This document shows, one piece after another, positions 8,650-16,350 of a stretch of 35,691 nucleotides of DNA. The notes beneath the pieces are model-generated. The model was not told where the DNA came from. It ran no database searches and was given only the letters and a program-made list of their open reading frames with translations. The DNA is taken from positions 1 through 35,691 of IMG/VR virus record IMGVR_UViG_3300027764_000014, one strand, 5' to 3'. The translations under genes were made by a program, and so were the position numbers. Each line of letters begins with the position of its first letter. Position 1 is the stretch's first letter. The stretch comes from a virus (Duplodnaviria; Caudoviricetes).

Positions 8650-8908
8650 TTTCTTTGAGTTTAATTCTATCCATTTTAGCTTTTAAGTATTGCCTTTTAC
8701 GCATTTCTGTTGCATCATAAATTTTCATGTAGTTCGACATTGACCTAAGTAATAATTTGCTATTACACTCACAATTAAAACTAATTGATGCACTATTGCC
8801 AACCTTAAAGAATCTTTCCGCAAGGTTTGTTTTTGAATAATCATAATTGCAAACTGGGCAATTAAGTTCATCTTGGGTTAGTGTCTTTCCTCTAATTCTC
8901 ATTTGCAT
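8636..8908 (-). CDS. Small zinc-finger-like protein
   Basis: CPVC...CEC cysteine pairs. Confidence 0.55.
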   Translation of the reverse strand: MQMRIRGKTLTQDELNCPVCNYDYSKTNLAERFFKVGNSASISFNCECNSKLLLRSMSNYMKIYDATEMRKRQYLKAKMDRIKLKENGGI

Positions 8909-9117
8909 TTATGTTTTATTTTAAATGTAAAGTGCTTGCAACCATAAAAGACATAAGAAGAATCAAAATCATCATGAAAAGTTTCTTGAAATTCATCTCG
9001 TTCATATACCAAGGGTGTTTGCGTGTTCATCATCTGAGATTTTGAACTCCATGACAAAATAATTGTGAGCAATAACACTAATGGGATTGCAATTAGGAAT
9101 TTTCTTAGCTTCTTCAT
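8899..9117 (-). CDS. Small secreted/membrane protein
   Basis: Basic N-terminus plus hydrophobic stretch; ATGA overlap with the upstream ORF. Confidence 0.55.
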   Translation of the reverse strand: MKKLRKFLIAIPLVLLLTIILSWSSKSQMMNTQTPLVYERDEFQETFHDDFDSSYVFYGCKHFTFKIKHKCK

Positions 9118-9296
9118 ATTCTTCCAGCATTTTGATAACTACTTCCCGATTGTCTTTTAATGCTTGTTCGTGTTGATTTAGGTTCTTTGCCATAAAGTTT
9201 TTTGTAGTTTAATTTAAGTTGATAATCTAAATTTATACCCCATTCGGTATAAGTTAAACCAAGTTGATTTGTTTTGAATTTGTGTTGTGCGTTCAT
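9114..9296 (-). CDS. Hypothetical protein
   Basis: 60-aa ORF starting 1 nt after the exonuclease stop. Confidence 0.55.
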   Translation of the reverse strand: MNAQHKFKTNQLGLTYTEWGINLDYQLKLNYKKLYGKEPKSTRTSIKRQSGSSYQNAGRI

Positions 9297-9297
9297 T

Positions 9298-10038
9298 TTA
9301 AAATAGATAAGAGTTAATGTAATATTGATTAATGTCCATGTAAGAGTTTACCCCGAAAAAGTTGTTATAAACCTCAACTCCTTTAGCAACCTTAGTCCAA
9401 CCATTCTCTAAAAACTCATCTGAGCATTGAAAGAATCCTAAACGATTTGTTCCTTTTTCGATAACAATAAATGCCATCTTTTTACCAAATAATTGCTGAT
9501 AAATTGAAGCTTGAGAATCGTAATTATACTTCTTAGCTGAATACTTAAAATCATCCAACGAAGTTGTTGTCTTTAAGTCATAAATAACATCTCCATTAAT
9601 TACATCTGCTTTACCTTTGAATGGTAAGTCCATTATTACTCCAGTAGTAGGAACTTCATATTTACAACCATTATCCCAAACTAATTTAGATAACTCACGA
9701 TTGTTTCTCAAAGCTTTAACCATCCAATCTACTTCTTCAGCCTCCTTAGTCAAAAGCATAAAGTCTAAACTTCTTTCTTTGCAAGCATCCTTGTATAAGT
9801 TGGTAGTTCTTGTAGAAGCATCAACTAAAGGGAAATCTTTTAATTTATGAGGCTCTAAGCAAGCAGTATGAAAGTAATTCCCTTGTAACATTGCCAATGT
9901 CTTTTCAGTTGGCACTCCAAACATTTTAGGATTTCTTAATAAAACTCCAATGTCTGAATTAGATAAATAGTTACGACCTACTCCATTGTAGTATTCGTTG
10001 TCATCTTTAAGTGTTTCAATTATTTCTGGTGCGTTCAT
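9298..10038 (-). CDS. PD-(D/E)XK exonuclease, RecE/ExoVIII-like (DUF3799-type)
   Basis: LS.S, G..FH...LEP, KGKAD...IYDLKTT, Y..QA..Y and FIVIEK motifs. Confidence 0.85.
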   Translation of the reverse strand: MNAPEIIETLKDDNEYYNGVGRNYLSNSDIGVLLRNPKMFGVPTEKTLAMLQGNYFHTACLEPHKLKDFPLVDASTRTTNLYKDACKERSLDFMLLTKEAEEVDWMVKALRNNRELSKLVWDNGCKYEVPTTGVIMDLPFKGKADVINGDVIYDLKTTTSLDDFKYSAKKYNYDSQASIYQQLFGKKMAFIVIEKGTNRLGFFQCSDEFLENGWTKVAKGVEVYNNFFGVNSYMDINQYYINSYLF

Positions 10039-10043
10039 TTGGT

Positions 10044-10241
10044 TTATCTTTTAAAAGTTACTTGATATTTGGCTTTAAAGTAATCTCTAACATCTCCACT
10101 TGGGCTTACATAATCAAAGTCATCTGGGTAAATATCATTGACCATAAACTCAAGAAGTTGAAATATTTGCTCCCAATGAGCATTAGAAAGAATCTCTTGT
10201 TGTTCTAACCACTTTGGGTCATTTGGGATTATACCATTCAT
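10044..10241 (-). CDS. Hypothetical protein
   Basis: 65-aa ORF in the operon chain. Confidence 0.55.
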   Translation of the reverse strand: MNGIIPNDPKWLEQQEILSNAHWEQIFQLLEFMVNDIYPDDFDYVSPSGDVRDYFKAKYQVTFKR

Positions 10242-10440
10242 TAGCGATGCGTTTTAAATATTCTTCTACTTGTGGGTCATTAATGTTATTGTAGGCATGA
10301 GATTGAACGATTCCTATCGTGTATTCTCTACCCCTGTAAGGAAGTTTTTTATCTTCATTTAATTGTCTTGCAGTTTCCTGGAACAATTCAGAATAACTTC
10401 TTCCTCTTGGAATTGGTAGTTTTTCTTTTGATTTATTCAT
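10219..10440 (-). CDS. Hypothetical protein (possible DNA-binding)
   Basis: 73 aa; TARQLNE..LP.RG..YT resembles a recombinase-type HTH segment. Confidence 0.5.
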   Translation of the reverse strand: MNKSKEKLPIPRGRSYSELFQETARQLNEDKKLPYRGREYTIGIVQSHAYNNINDPQVEEYLKRIANEWYNPK

Positions 10441-10718
10441 AATACTTTAAATGCTAAAATGTTATTGATTGGAATACACATTTGCTTTACAAGTTTTGGT
10501 AACATTTCTCTTTTACCTTTACTAATGTGTTCCTCCATGATTGAGAAGTTTAGGAAAGGTTCGGGGTGGTTTACTATAACCATGTTCCCCGAATCACTAA
10601 CTCCTAAAATTTCAGATTCTAAATCTTCTTCTAAGTTTCCAAATTTGAAAATGAATCTTGCTTTATAGCCAATACTGCGTTCAATAGTTTTGACTAATTT
10701 ATTTGCGTTGCGTGTCAT
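10437..10718 (-). CDS. Hypothetical protein
   Basis: 93 aa; CACAACACACA leader. Confidence 0.6.
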   Translation of the reverse strand: MTRNANKLVKTIERSIGYKARFIFKFGNLEEDLESEILGVSDSGNMVIVNHPEPFLNFSIMEEHISKGKREMLPKLVKQMCIPINNILAFKVL

Positions 10719-10736
10719 TGTGTGTTGTGATTAAAC

Positions 10737-10931
10737 TTAGTTTAAAGAATCAATCGTTTGATTAAATGCAATTAATTGAATAACCTCAGAGGTTTTAAGT
10801 ACGCAAGTACCTTCATTTAATCCTTCTTGAGTAATTGAATTTTGACTTAAATAATCAATTTCTTCAACATCAATCCATGTTCTTATAATAGCATCATCTT
10901 TTCTTGTTGTAATCTTTACAAATTTTCTCAT
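10737..10931 (-). CDS. Hypothetical protein
   Basis: 64-aa ORF filling the gap. Confidence 0.55.
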   Translation of the reverse strand: MRKFVKITTRKDDAIIRTWIDVEEIDYLSQNSITQEGLNEGTCVLKTSEVIQLIAFNQTIDSLN

Positions 10932-10955
10932 TGTCTTTATTATTTAAAATGTGAA

Positions 10956-11597
10956 TTAAAAAGGTAATGGGTCGTTTTCTTCTACTTTGTCTAACTTAAA
11001 TACTTCTTGCTTTGGTGAATCCATTGAGAATTTGGATTTGTATTCAGGAGTTGAACTAATCTTATCAGCCAACCACTCAGGTAGTGTCATAAACAAGTCT
11101 TGATTCCATGAATCGTAAGCTAATACTCTTGTAGGATTAATTTGCTCAGGGCATTGCAATCCCTTTGGGATAGGAGTGATACCTGTAATGTTTGCGTAAG
11201 TCTTTGTGCCATCAGCGGAAGCTTTATGTACAATGTTTAACATACAAGGTGCACCAACTAATTTAGAGATGTCAAAGTTTGCTGCCTCTTGGTCAGTAAA
11301 TGCTTTACCTCTCCATGATTCTAACATCTTACGAAGTGTAGACTTCTCGTTAAATGATAAGGTAAAGTCCTTAGAGATAACAAAAGGTTTAGCTTCTTCT
11401 CCTTCTTTAAATACCGCAGTTTCTAAAGGTAATTCGAAGTCTACCATTACTTTGTGTAGTTTCTTCTTTTCTCCCATGTACTCTTGCTCTACTGTACCGA
11501 TTTGAATCATACCGTAGCATCTTGCTACATGATTCCCTGCTGGTACTACTTTGCGTTCAAGGTTTCCACCTCCATTTGATTTAGCGAAAATTGCCAT
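10956..11597 (-). CDS. SSB-like phage replication protein
   Basis: P.G.HVARC, S..EKS.LRK.LESWRG, GAPCML motifs and an acidic tail ending DPLPF (SSB-type tail). Confidence 0.7.
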   Translation of the reverse strand: MAIFAKSNGGGNLERKVVPAGNHVARCYGMIQIGTVEQEYMGEKKKLHKVMVDFELPLETAVFKEGEEAKPFVISKDFTLSFNEKSTLRKMLESWRGKAFTDQEAANFDISKLVGAPCMLNIVHKASADGTKTYANITGITPIPKGLQCPEQINPTRVLAYDSWNQDLFMTLPEWLADKISSTPEYKSKFSMDSPKQEVFKLDKVEENDPLPF

Positions 11598-11622
11598 TGT
11601 GTTAATTGTTTAAGTTTAAAAT

Positions 11623-11868
11623 TTAAGAAATTGTAATATTGATTTTTAATTCTTGATTGTTAAAATCCCATTGGTTAAAATCTTGATGATACTTAGATAT
11701 AAAACCTTTATTTTCAAGGGCTGATAACTTATCAAAAAGTTTGTCTGAATAATGCCCTTGGATTGCAACTGATTGAGTTGTTTTCCAAAATGATACAATG
11801 TAGAAATCATCTAATTCCAAGCCTAAATTGGCTAAATCTGATTCGATAGTGTTAATTTGCTTTTTCAT
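11623..11868 (-). CDS. Hypothetical protein
   Basis: 81 aa; first gene after the promoter at 11897-11927. Confidence 0.6.
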   Translation of the reverse strand: MKKQINTIESDLANLGLELDDFYIVSFWKTTQSVAIQGHYSDKLFDKLSALENKGFISKYHQDFNQWDFNNQELKINITIS

Positions 11869-11896
11869 ATTTTTTTTGTTGTTGTTATTTGTTGAA

Positions 11897-11927
11897 CAAT
11901 ATTAGTAAACAATTACTTAGTAACAAA
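11897..11927 (-). promoter_or_regulatory. Leftward Bacteroidota-type promoter
   Basis: Minus strand TTTG-N19-TAATATTG. Confidence 0.65.
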
Positions 11928-11959
11928 ATAAATATTAAAAAATATTTAAAAATTAGTGA

Positions 11960-11997
11960 AAAAAAATAAAAAAGGGCTCTAAATATGCCAAGCCCTT
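11960..11997 (-). terminator. Intrinsic terminator
   Basis: AAGGGCT...AGCCCTT stem plus long U-tract on the minus strand, overlapping the stop of 11979..12341. Confidence 0.7.
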
Positions 11998-12341
11998 CTT
12001 TTTTGTTGCAAATAATTTCCTTTTTTCAACTCTTTAATTTCTTCTTCTTGGGATAAAATTACCTTGTTAAGATTCTCAATGATTCTAACTTTTACATCAA
12101 GTTCTTCTTTTAGCTTAAAATGCTCTGCTATTAGGTCATCCCAAGAGTTGTATAAACTTTCAACATCACCCTTTAATCTTTTAAGGTACAAAGCCCCATC
12201 AAGCATTTCTTCGTATGCGTGTTGAATCCAATCAACTTCATCTAAGTCTTCTCTATCAAGAGTATTATTATACTTCTTAATGCCAACCTGAGAACGATTA
12301 TGCAAATCTTCTCTTACTGATTCTACTATGCTATCTTCCAT
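11979..12341 (-). CDS. All-alpha NTP-pyrophosphatase (MazG-like) family protein
   Basis: R...G.KKY...L.R.DL...DW..H..EE..D...Y motif followed by coiled coil. Confidence 0.5.
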   Translation of the reverse strand: MEDSIVESVREDLHNRSQVGIKKYNNTLDREDLDEVDWIQHAYEEMLDGALYLKRLKGDVESLYNSWDDLIAEHFKLKEELDVKVRIIENLNKVILSQEEEIKELKKGNYLQQKRRAWHI

Positions 12342-12699
12342 TATAATTATTTAAGTCTATGTTATACTCTTGTAGCAACTTATTCATTCTATCATTTAAC
12401 TCTACTTTCTTATCTTCTTCCATTAAGTCCATCTCCAGACCAACATTGAAAAAGAACTCCATTACAAAAGATGCGTTAATAAATTGGTCAAGAACATTAT
12501 TCATATCTACTCCACCATTTTGCTTTGATTCAAAGATGTGGTTAATAGACTTCTCTAATTCACCTTTTAATTGGTTAGTTAGGTATTTAACTTTCTTAAC
12601 ATTGTGAGAGGAATTTGACCACCTATCTTCGATAAAGTCAGTCATGAAATTGCAAAGTGAGTAATAGGTAAGAAATTTGTGTGATTCTTTTTGTGTCAT
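12331..12699 (-). CDS. Hypothetical protein
   Basis: 122-aa ORF in the chain. Confidence 0.6.
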   Translation of the reverse strand: MTQKESHKFLTYYSLCNFMTDFIEDRWSNSSHNVKKVKYLTNQLKGELEKSINHIFESKQNGGVDMNNVLDQFINASFVMEFFFNVGLEMDLMEEDKKVELNDRMNKLLQEYNIDLNNYNGR

Positions 12700-12806
12700 T
12701 TTGATTTTAGGTTAAAAAGTTGTTTAAAATACTCAACTGGAATAAAAACTATTGAGATAAATACATCTACCAATAGCCAATACATTTCTTTTAATTTAGT
12801 TTTCAT
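12696..12806 (-). CDS. Small membrane protein (36 aa, not in ORF track)
   Basis: MKTKLKEMYWLLVDVFISIVFIPVEYFKQLFNLKSK; AACCAAACACACA leader; ATGA overlap with the next gene. Confidence 0.6.
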   Translation of the reverse strand: MKTKLKEMYWLLVDVFISIVFIPVEYFKQLFNLKSK

Positions 12807-12824
12807 TGTGTGTTTGGTTTAGTG

Positions 12825-13175
12825 TTAAATAATATAATCTACTACTTCAATCGTAAATTCAATTCTGGGATTTTCTTTGTCTAATCCTTTAAACAAAAAT
12901 AATTCTGCAACCTTGTTATCATTCTCAAAAGCCTCAACTTTTTGTAGCAAGTCTAATACTGCTTTAGTAACTCCATCTAAATCAGATTTTCGATTTGGAT
13001 AATAAACCTTTAAAATAATTTTGAGGTTTCCTTCTATCTTAGCCCCTTTATACACTTGGCATTGCTCAATGAATGAAGATTCATAATCTTTGAGTGCCTT
13101 AGTCTTATAAACAAACCTACCACTAAAACGATATGAGTTAGATTTGCTTGGGACTGTTCCGTAGATTACTTCCAT
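12825..13175 (-). CDS. rusA: Holliday junction resolvase, RusA family
   Basis: PSKSN, DLDG..K...D.L......NDN.V and ENPRIE motifs. Confidence 0.85.
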   Translation of the reverse strand: MEVIYGTVPSKSNSYRFSGRFVYKTKALKDYESSFIEQCQVYKGAKIEGNLKIILKVYYPNRKSDLDGVTKAVLDLLQKVEAFENDNKVAELFLFKGLDKENPRIEFTIEVVDYII

Positions 13176-13303
13176 CTAATGCCAAAGCTTAGTGAGAATA
13201 TAACCCATGATAAGTGCATTGAAGCACTCTTTCTGTATTTAAACAAAGTAAAACAAGGCAAAACTTCAAGCCTGTTGTGAGATACAAATAGTCTTATTTT
13301 CAT
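13166..13303 (-). CDS. Small hypothetical protein (45 aa, not in ORF track)
   Basis: MKIRLFVSHNRLEVLPCFTL...FGIRWK; fills the gap exactly. Confidence 0.5.
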   Translation of the reverse strand: MKIRLFVSHNRLEVLPCFTLFKYRKSASMHLSWVIFSLSFGIRWK

Positions 13304-13304
13304 A

Positions 13305-13481
13305 TTATAAATTGTCTAATTCATCCATTACTTCCATCCAGAAATCTGAGGTATGAATATCTTCGTAATTAATTACTTTATCTACTGCAAACATCGCCAT
13401 TTGAACTGCTAACTTTGGAGTTATATCATAATTGTTAATCAAATCCTCCAGTAGTTCTTTTGTCATTCTTTGTGGTGTCAT
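13305..13481 (-). CDS. Small helical protein (58 aa, not in ORF track), paralog of 13478..13657
   Basis: MTPQRMTKELLED...AVDKVI...FWMEVMDELDNL; ATGA overlap. Confidence 0.6.
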   Translation of the reverse strand: MTPQRMTKELLEDLINNYDITPKLAVQMAMFAVDKVINYEDIHTSDFWMEVMDELDNL

Positions 13482-13657
13482 AGCTTTTGTATTTCTTTTT
13501 TAACTTGATTCCAATATGGTAATGCTGAATCTAATGTGTTTAATTTTATTTCATTTACTATCAAATCAGCTATTTCTTTAACTTCATCTAAATGTATTAT
13601 AGAAGTCTTAAACATTATGTTATGGGTAATTTGCATTGCGTGTTCTTTGGGTGTCAT
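13478..13657 (-). CDS. Small helical protein (MTPKE...YW..VK.EI.KL type)
   Basis: Start re-called at 13657 (ATGA overlap). Confidence 0.6.
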   Translation of the reverse strand: MTPKEHAMQITHNIMFKTSIIHLDEVKEIADLIVNEIKLNTLDSALPYWNQVKKEIQKL

Positions 13658-13794
13658 AAGTCGCAACATTTAAGTAATATGATAATTGAACAAATTGATA
13701 TTATCCAATATGCAATAGCCACACATTTGTGGTTTATTTCATCTAATTCTTTTTTCATTATTTCAGATTTATAATTTTCAAAAAAGTGCCTCAT
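13654..13794 (-). CDS. Small membrane protein (46 aa, not in ORF track)
   Basis: MRHFFENYKSEIMKKELDEINHKCVAIAYWIISICSIIILLKCCDL. Confidence 0.5.
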   Translation of the reverse strand: MRHFFENYKSEIMKKELDEINHKCVAIAYWIISICSIIILLKCCDL

Positions 13795-13820
13795 TTTTTA
13801 AATAGGAAAAAATAATTTTA

Positions 13821-13900
13821 GAAAAAAGAGGTGAAAAATAATTCCACCCCTTTAAATAATCACCTTTAACCTATCTATATGAAAAACAATCTACTACTAA
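13821..13900 (-). ncRNA. Candidate antisense sRNA-B (3' UTR of RHH gene: seed plus terminator)
   Basis: Minus strand TGTTTTTCATATAGATAGGTTAAAGG then terminator AAAGGGGTGGAA...TTTCACCTCTTTTTT. Seed is complementary to early-gene start regions. Confidence 0.6.
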
Positions 13901-14089
13901 TTAAATTGTGGAATTTTTGTCCATTAAATAGACCTTAATAAAGTCCTTGAACATTCCTTGCCAACCTATGCCAAATCTCTCATCTACTTCCTTCTTTAAT
14001 GCGGTTGGGATTCTAACTGAAATTACTGATGTTGGTTCACCTTGTGGGCGACCAGCTTTCTTTGGATTTTCTACTGTTTTAATATTCAT
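13901..14089 (-). CDS. Ribbon-helix-helix (CopG/Arc-like) regulator
   Basis: Start re-called at 14089. KAGRP then VISVRIP beta-ribbon and two helices. Confidence 0.7.
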   Translation of the reverse strand: MNIKTVENPKKAGRPQGEPTSVISVRIPTALKKEVDERFGIGWQGMFKDFIKVYLMDKNSTI

Positions 14090-14114
14090 TTTTTTCTTGT
14101 TGTGATTTCTTGTA

Positions 14115-14147
14115 CAAATGTAAACATTTATTATTAATAATTGCAAA
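14115..14147 (-). promoter_or_regulatory. Leftward Bacteroidota-type promoter
   Basis: Minus strand TTTG-N21-TACATTTG (consensus). Confidence 0.75.
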
Positions 14148-14153
14148 CATTAA

Positions 14154-14282
14154 TTAAAATAAAATTTTATAAATTAAAAAAGTGATTAAAATATTTAGTC
14201 CAACTATAATCCACAAAAGTATTCCAACCAATTTTAGAATTTTTTCGGAAAATTTCCTGGGACTATCAGCTTTTTTGCTCAT
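14154..14282 (-). CDS. Possible small membrane protein (42 aa)
   Basis: C-terminal hydrophobic helix; start uncertain (14282 or 14396). Confidence 0.35.
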   Translation of the reverse strand: MSKKADSPRKFSEKILKLVGILLWIIVGLNILITFLIYKILF

Positions 14283-14328
14283 ATAGGCTTGGGGCACTTT
14301 TTCCGCATTTCCTTGGCATCGCGCACCC

Positions 14329-14351
14329 TTATTTAGAATTAATCTAAATAA
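14329..14351. promoter_or_regulatory. 23-bp palindrome, Fur-box-like
   Basis: TTATTTAGA-ATTAA-TCTAAATAA with perfect arms; seven related copies at 16351-17399. Confidence 0.65.
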
Positions 14352-14640
14352 ACTACTTTTAAAATTGCTTTTGTGGGTATTCATTTTGTTTCTCATTGGT
14401 ATTAATGTTTAAATTTGTTTTAAGGTACTATATCTTAATTCTAAGGCACTTTTAATAGGTAATTAATACAATCACCTTATAAGCTATAAAAGTAGCTTAA
14501 AATCAAAGTATTAAAGTATTAAGGCAATAAGGTTTTACAGGCTATTAATAAGCCTAATTAAATACCTGGTTAATTAGCCTTTCTTTTGCCCTGTATTCAA
14601 TCAAATTGCTTTGGTTAATACATTGGTAGGCTATTAAATA

Positions 14641-14730
14641 AACAAAGGGCTAAAAAGCCCTATAAACAACAAAAGCCCCAAAAGGGCTTAATTAAATTAA
14701 AGTCTATAAAAAAAGGGCTAAAAAGCCCTA
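14641..14730 (-). terminator. Three tandem intrinsic terminators ending the early cassette
   Basis: AGGGCT/AGCCCT (14646-61), AAGCCC/GGGCTT (14673-89) and AGGGCT/AGCCCT (14714-29), each followed by U-rich sequence on the minus strand. Confidence 0.7.
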
Positions 14731-14740
14731 ATTTTAATTA

Positions 14741-14968
14741 TCAAGAAAAGCAGTCTAAATATTTATATTCATTGGTATTTGTATTCCAGATAGTTAATTC
14801 TATCCTTTTGCCTTTGTTTCTAAATTGGTAGTCTAAACAGTCTAAAAATTTACTCTTAATTTCTTTTATACTTGAATAGCCAAAATACCTTTGCTTTTCT
14901 ATTACTTCACCTTTATACCTGGCTAAAATTACTATTTGGTCGCTGGTGTTTATTCTATATCTTTTCAT
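14741..14968 (-). CDS. Early hypothetical protein (basic)
   Basis: 75-aa ORF, last gene of the early cassette. Confidence 0.6.
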   Translation of the reverse strand: MKRYRINTSDQIVILARYKGEVIEKQRYFGYSSIKEIKSKFLDCLDYQFRNKGKRIELTIWNTNTNEYKYLDCFS

Positions 14969-14972
14969 GGTG

Positions 14973-15566
14973 TTATTTGTTTTCTGTTTCTAAAATTTCA
15001 ATAAAATTACCTATCCAAATATTGTCTAAAATAAAATAACTCATATTATTTGAGTCAATTCCACTTATTGCCTCGTTTTGACAAATAAAAGCCAAAATTG
15101 AACCTAAATAATGTCCATTATTAGAAAAATCTTGAAAATTATTAGTATATGTTATCCAATCACATACCTGATTTGAATAGCTTGAAAAAAAACCTGATTT
15201 GTTAGAATAGTTATCGTATATATATTCCCTAAAATTTTCAAAGTTATTATGTATATACCAGCAAATTTTTTTAGAATCTATTTCAATTTTACAATTAATT
15301 GAATCAGTTGAAAAATTATAATATTTGGGGCTTATTAATTCTTGGAACTCAACAGATAAAACCCCAAAATTTTTTAATTCTTTTTCTATAAAATTGCAAG
15401 CATAAAAACTGCATTCTTTTTGCCATGATTCAAAGTCAAAATTTATTTGCTCATAGATTAAATTTTCTTCATTTAAAAAATCATTAATTTCAAAATCTCC
15501 ATCTATTAAGGAATTATAAAAACCTGGAAAAATTGGTAGGTATGTTTCGATTATTTGCGTTTTCAT
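14973..15566 (-). CDS. Early acidic hypothetical protein (F.GFY / SP..YNF.TD / SGF.S.Y motif type)
   Basis: 197 aa, D/E- and aromatic-rich; motif pattern recalled from uncharacterised early phage proteins. Confidence 0.6.
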   Translation of the reverse strand: MKTQIIETYLPIFPGFYNSLIDGDFEINDFLNEENLIYEQINFDFESWQKECSFYACNFIEKELKNFGVLSVEFQELISPKYYNFSTDSINCKIEIDSKKICWYIHNNFENFREYIYDNYSNKSGFFSSYSNQVCDWITYTNNFQDFSNNGHYLGSILAFICQNEAISGIDSNNMSYFILDNIWIGNFIEILETENK

Positions 15567-15594
15567 TGGATTAATTATTTAAGGTTAAAAATTA

Positions 15595-15753
15595 TTAATA
15601 TTCTAAAATTTCTTCGCACTCCCTACCAATATAATCACAAATTTGATAGACCTCAAAAAAATCATTTTTTAATATTGCTTCTTGCATTTCTTTAATTTGA
15701 GCTAAAATATAATTTTTTGCTTCTTCTTTTAATTCTAAATTTTGGGTTTTCAT
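15595..15753 (-). CDS. Small acidic early protein (52 aa, not in ORF track)
   Basis: MKTQNLELKEEAKNY...GRECEEILEY; same TTTTAACCTT leader as its neighbours. Confidence 0.65.
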   Translation of the reverse strand: MKTQNLELKEEAKNYILAQIKEMQEAILKNDFFEVYQICDYIGRECEEILEY

Positions 15754-15778
15754 AATGTTTTTTTTTAAGGTTAAAAAT

Positions 15779-16099
15779 TTAGTTTTCTTCTAATTGCTTT
15801 GCCTCTATTGCTTCTTCTATTTCATTTTGGTCAAATTCTTCATTAACCCAGTCGTAAAGGGCACAATATGCAGCCTGACAAATTCCGTTTATTTCTCCAA
15901 ATTCATGACCTGTAAAATCAGTAAAATTAAGGGCTTTACAAATATCGAAACAGTCTGAATAATAAATTACTGAATTATCAATATAGGAATGAATATAATC
16001 CCAAATTTCACTGGTATCTGTTAAATACCCATTTTTAATATCGTTTAATAAATCATTTTTAAGGTCTTCCAAAAAACCGTATTTGTTAAATGTGCTCAT
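15779..16099 (-). CDS. ocr: Ocr-like DNA-mimic anti-restriction protein
   Basis: 106 aa, very acidic. DTSEIWDYIHSYIDNSVIYYSDCFDI aligns by eye with T7 gp0.3 [27 protein letters not shown] (recalled); located in the early cassette. Confidence 0.7.
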   Translation of the reverse strand: MSTFNKYGFLEDLKNDLLNDIKNGYLTDTSEIWDYIHSYIDNSVIYYSDCFDICKALNFTDFTGHEFGEINGICQAAYCALYDWVNEEFDQNEIEEAIEAKQLEEN

Positions 16100-16126
16100 A
16101 TAGATTGTATTTAAAAGGTTAAAAAA

Positions 16127-16261
16127 TTAAGATAATAAAGTAATAACAGTAAGCATTGCTAACAAGCCTACCACCTGTTTTAACAATAGGATTAAATCCG
16201 ATTTTGTAAGGTCTTCACCTAAAAATAATTCGATAAGTTCGCGTTTTGTTGTGTTTTTCAT
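16127..16261 (-). CDS. First early gene, 44-aa membrane protein (not in ORF track)
   Basis: MKNTTKRELIELFLGEDLTKSDLILLLKQVVGLLAMLTVITLLS; directly downstream of the promoter. Confidence 0.6.
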   Translation of the reverse strand: MKNTTKRELIELFLGEDLTKSDLILLLKQVVGLLAMLTVITLLS

Positions 16262-16289
16262 TTTGTTATTGTTTATGTTAAATGATATG

Positions 16290-16320
16290 CAATACTAATA
16301 ATTGTAAACAACAATACAAA
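16290..16320 (-). promoter_or_regulatory. Early leftward promoter
   Basis: Minus strand TTTG-N19-TAGTATTG. Confidence 0.65.
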
Positions 16321-16350
16321 AGAAAAGTAAATTATTTTTACAAAAGACTG

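Noticed and set aside
5880-16261. Lysogeny module (integrase, CI repressor, ParA)
   Set aside because: No such motifs were recognised; lifestyle cannot be called temperate from this sequence.
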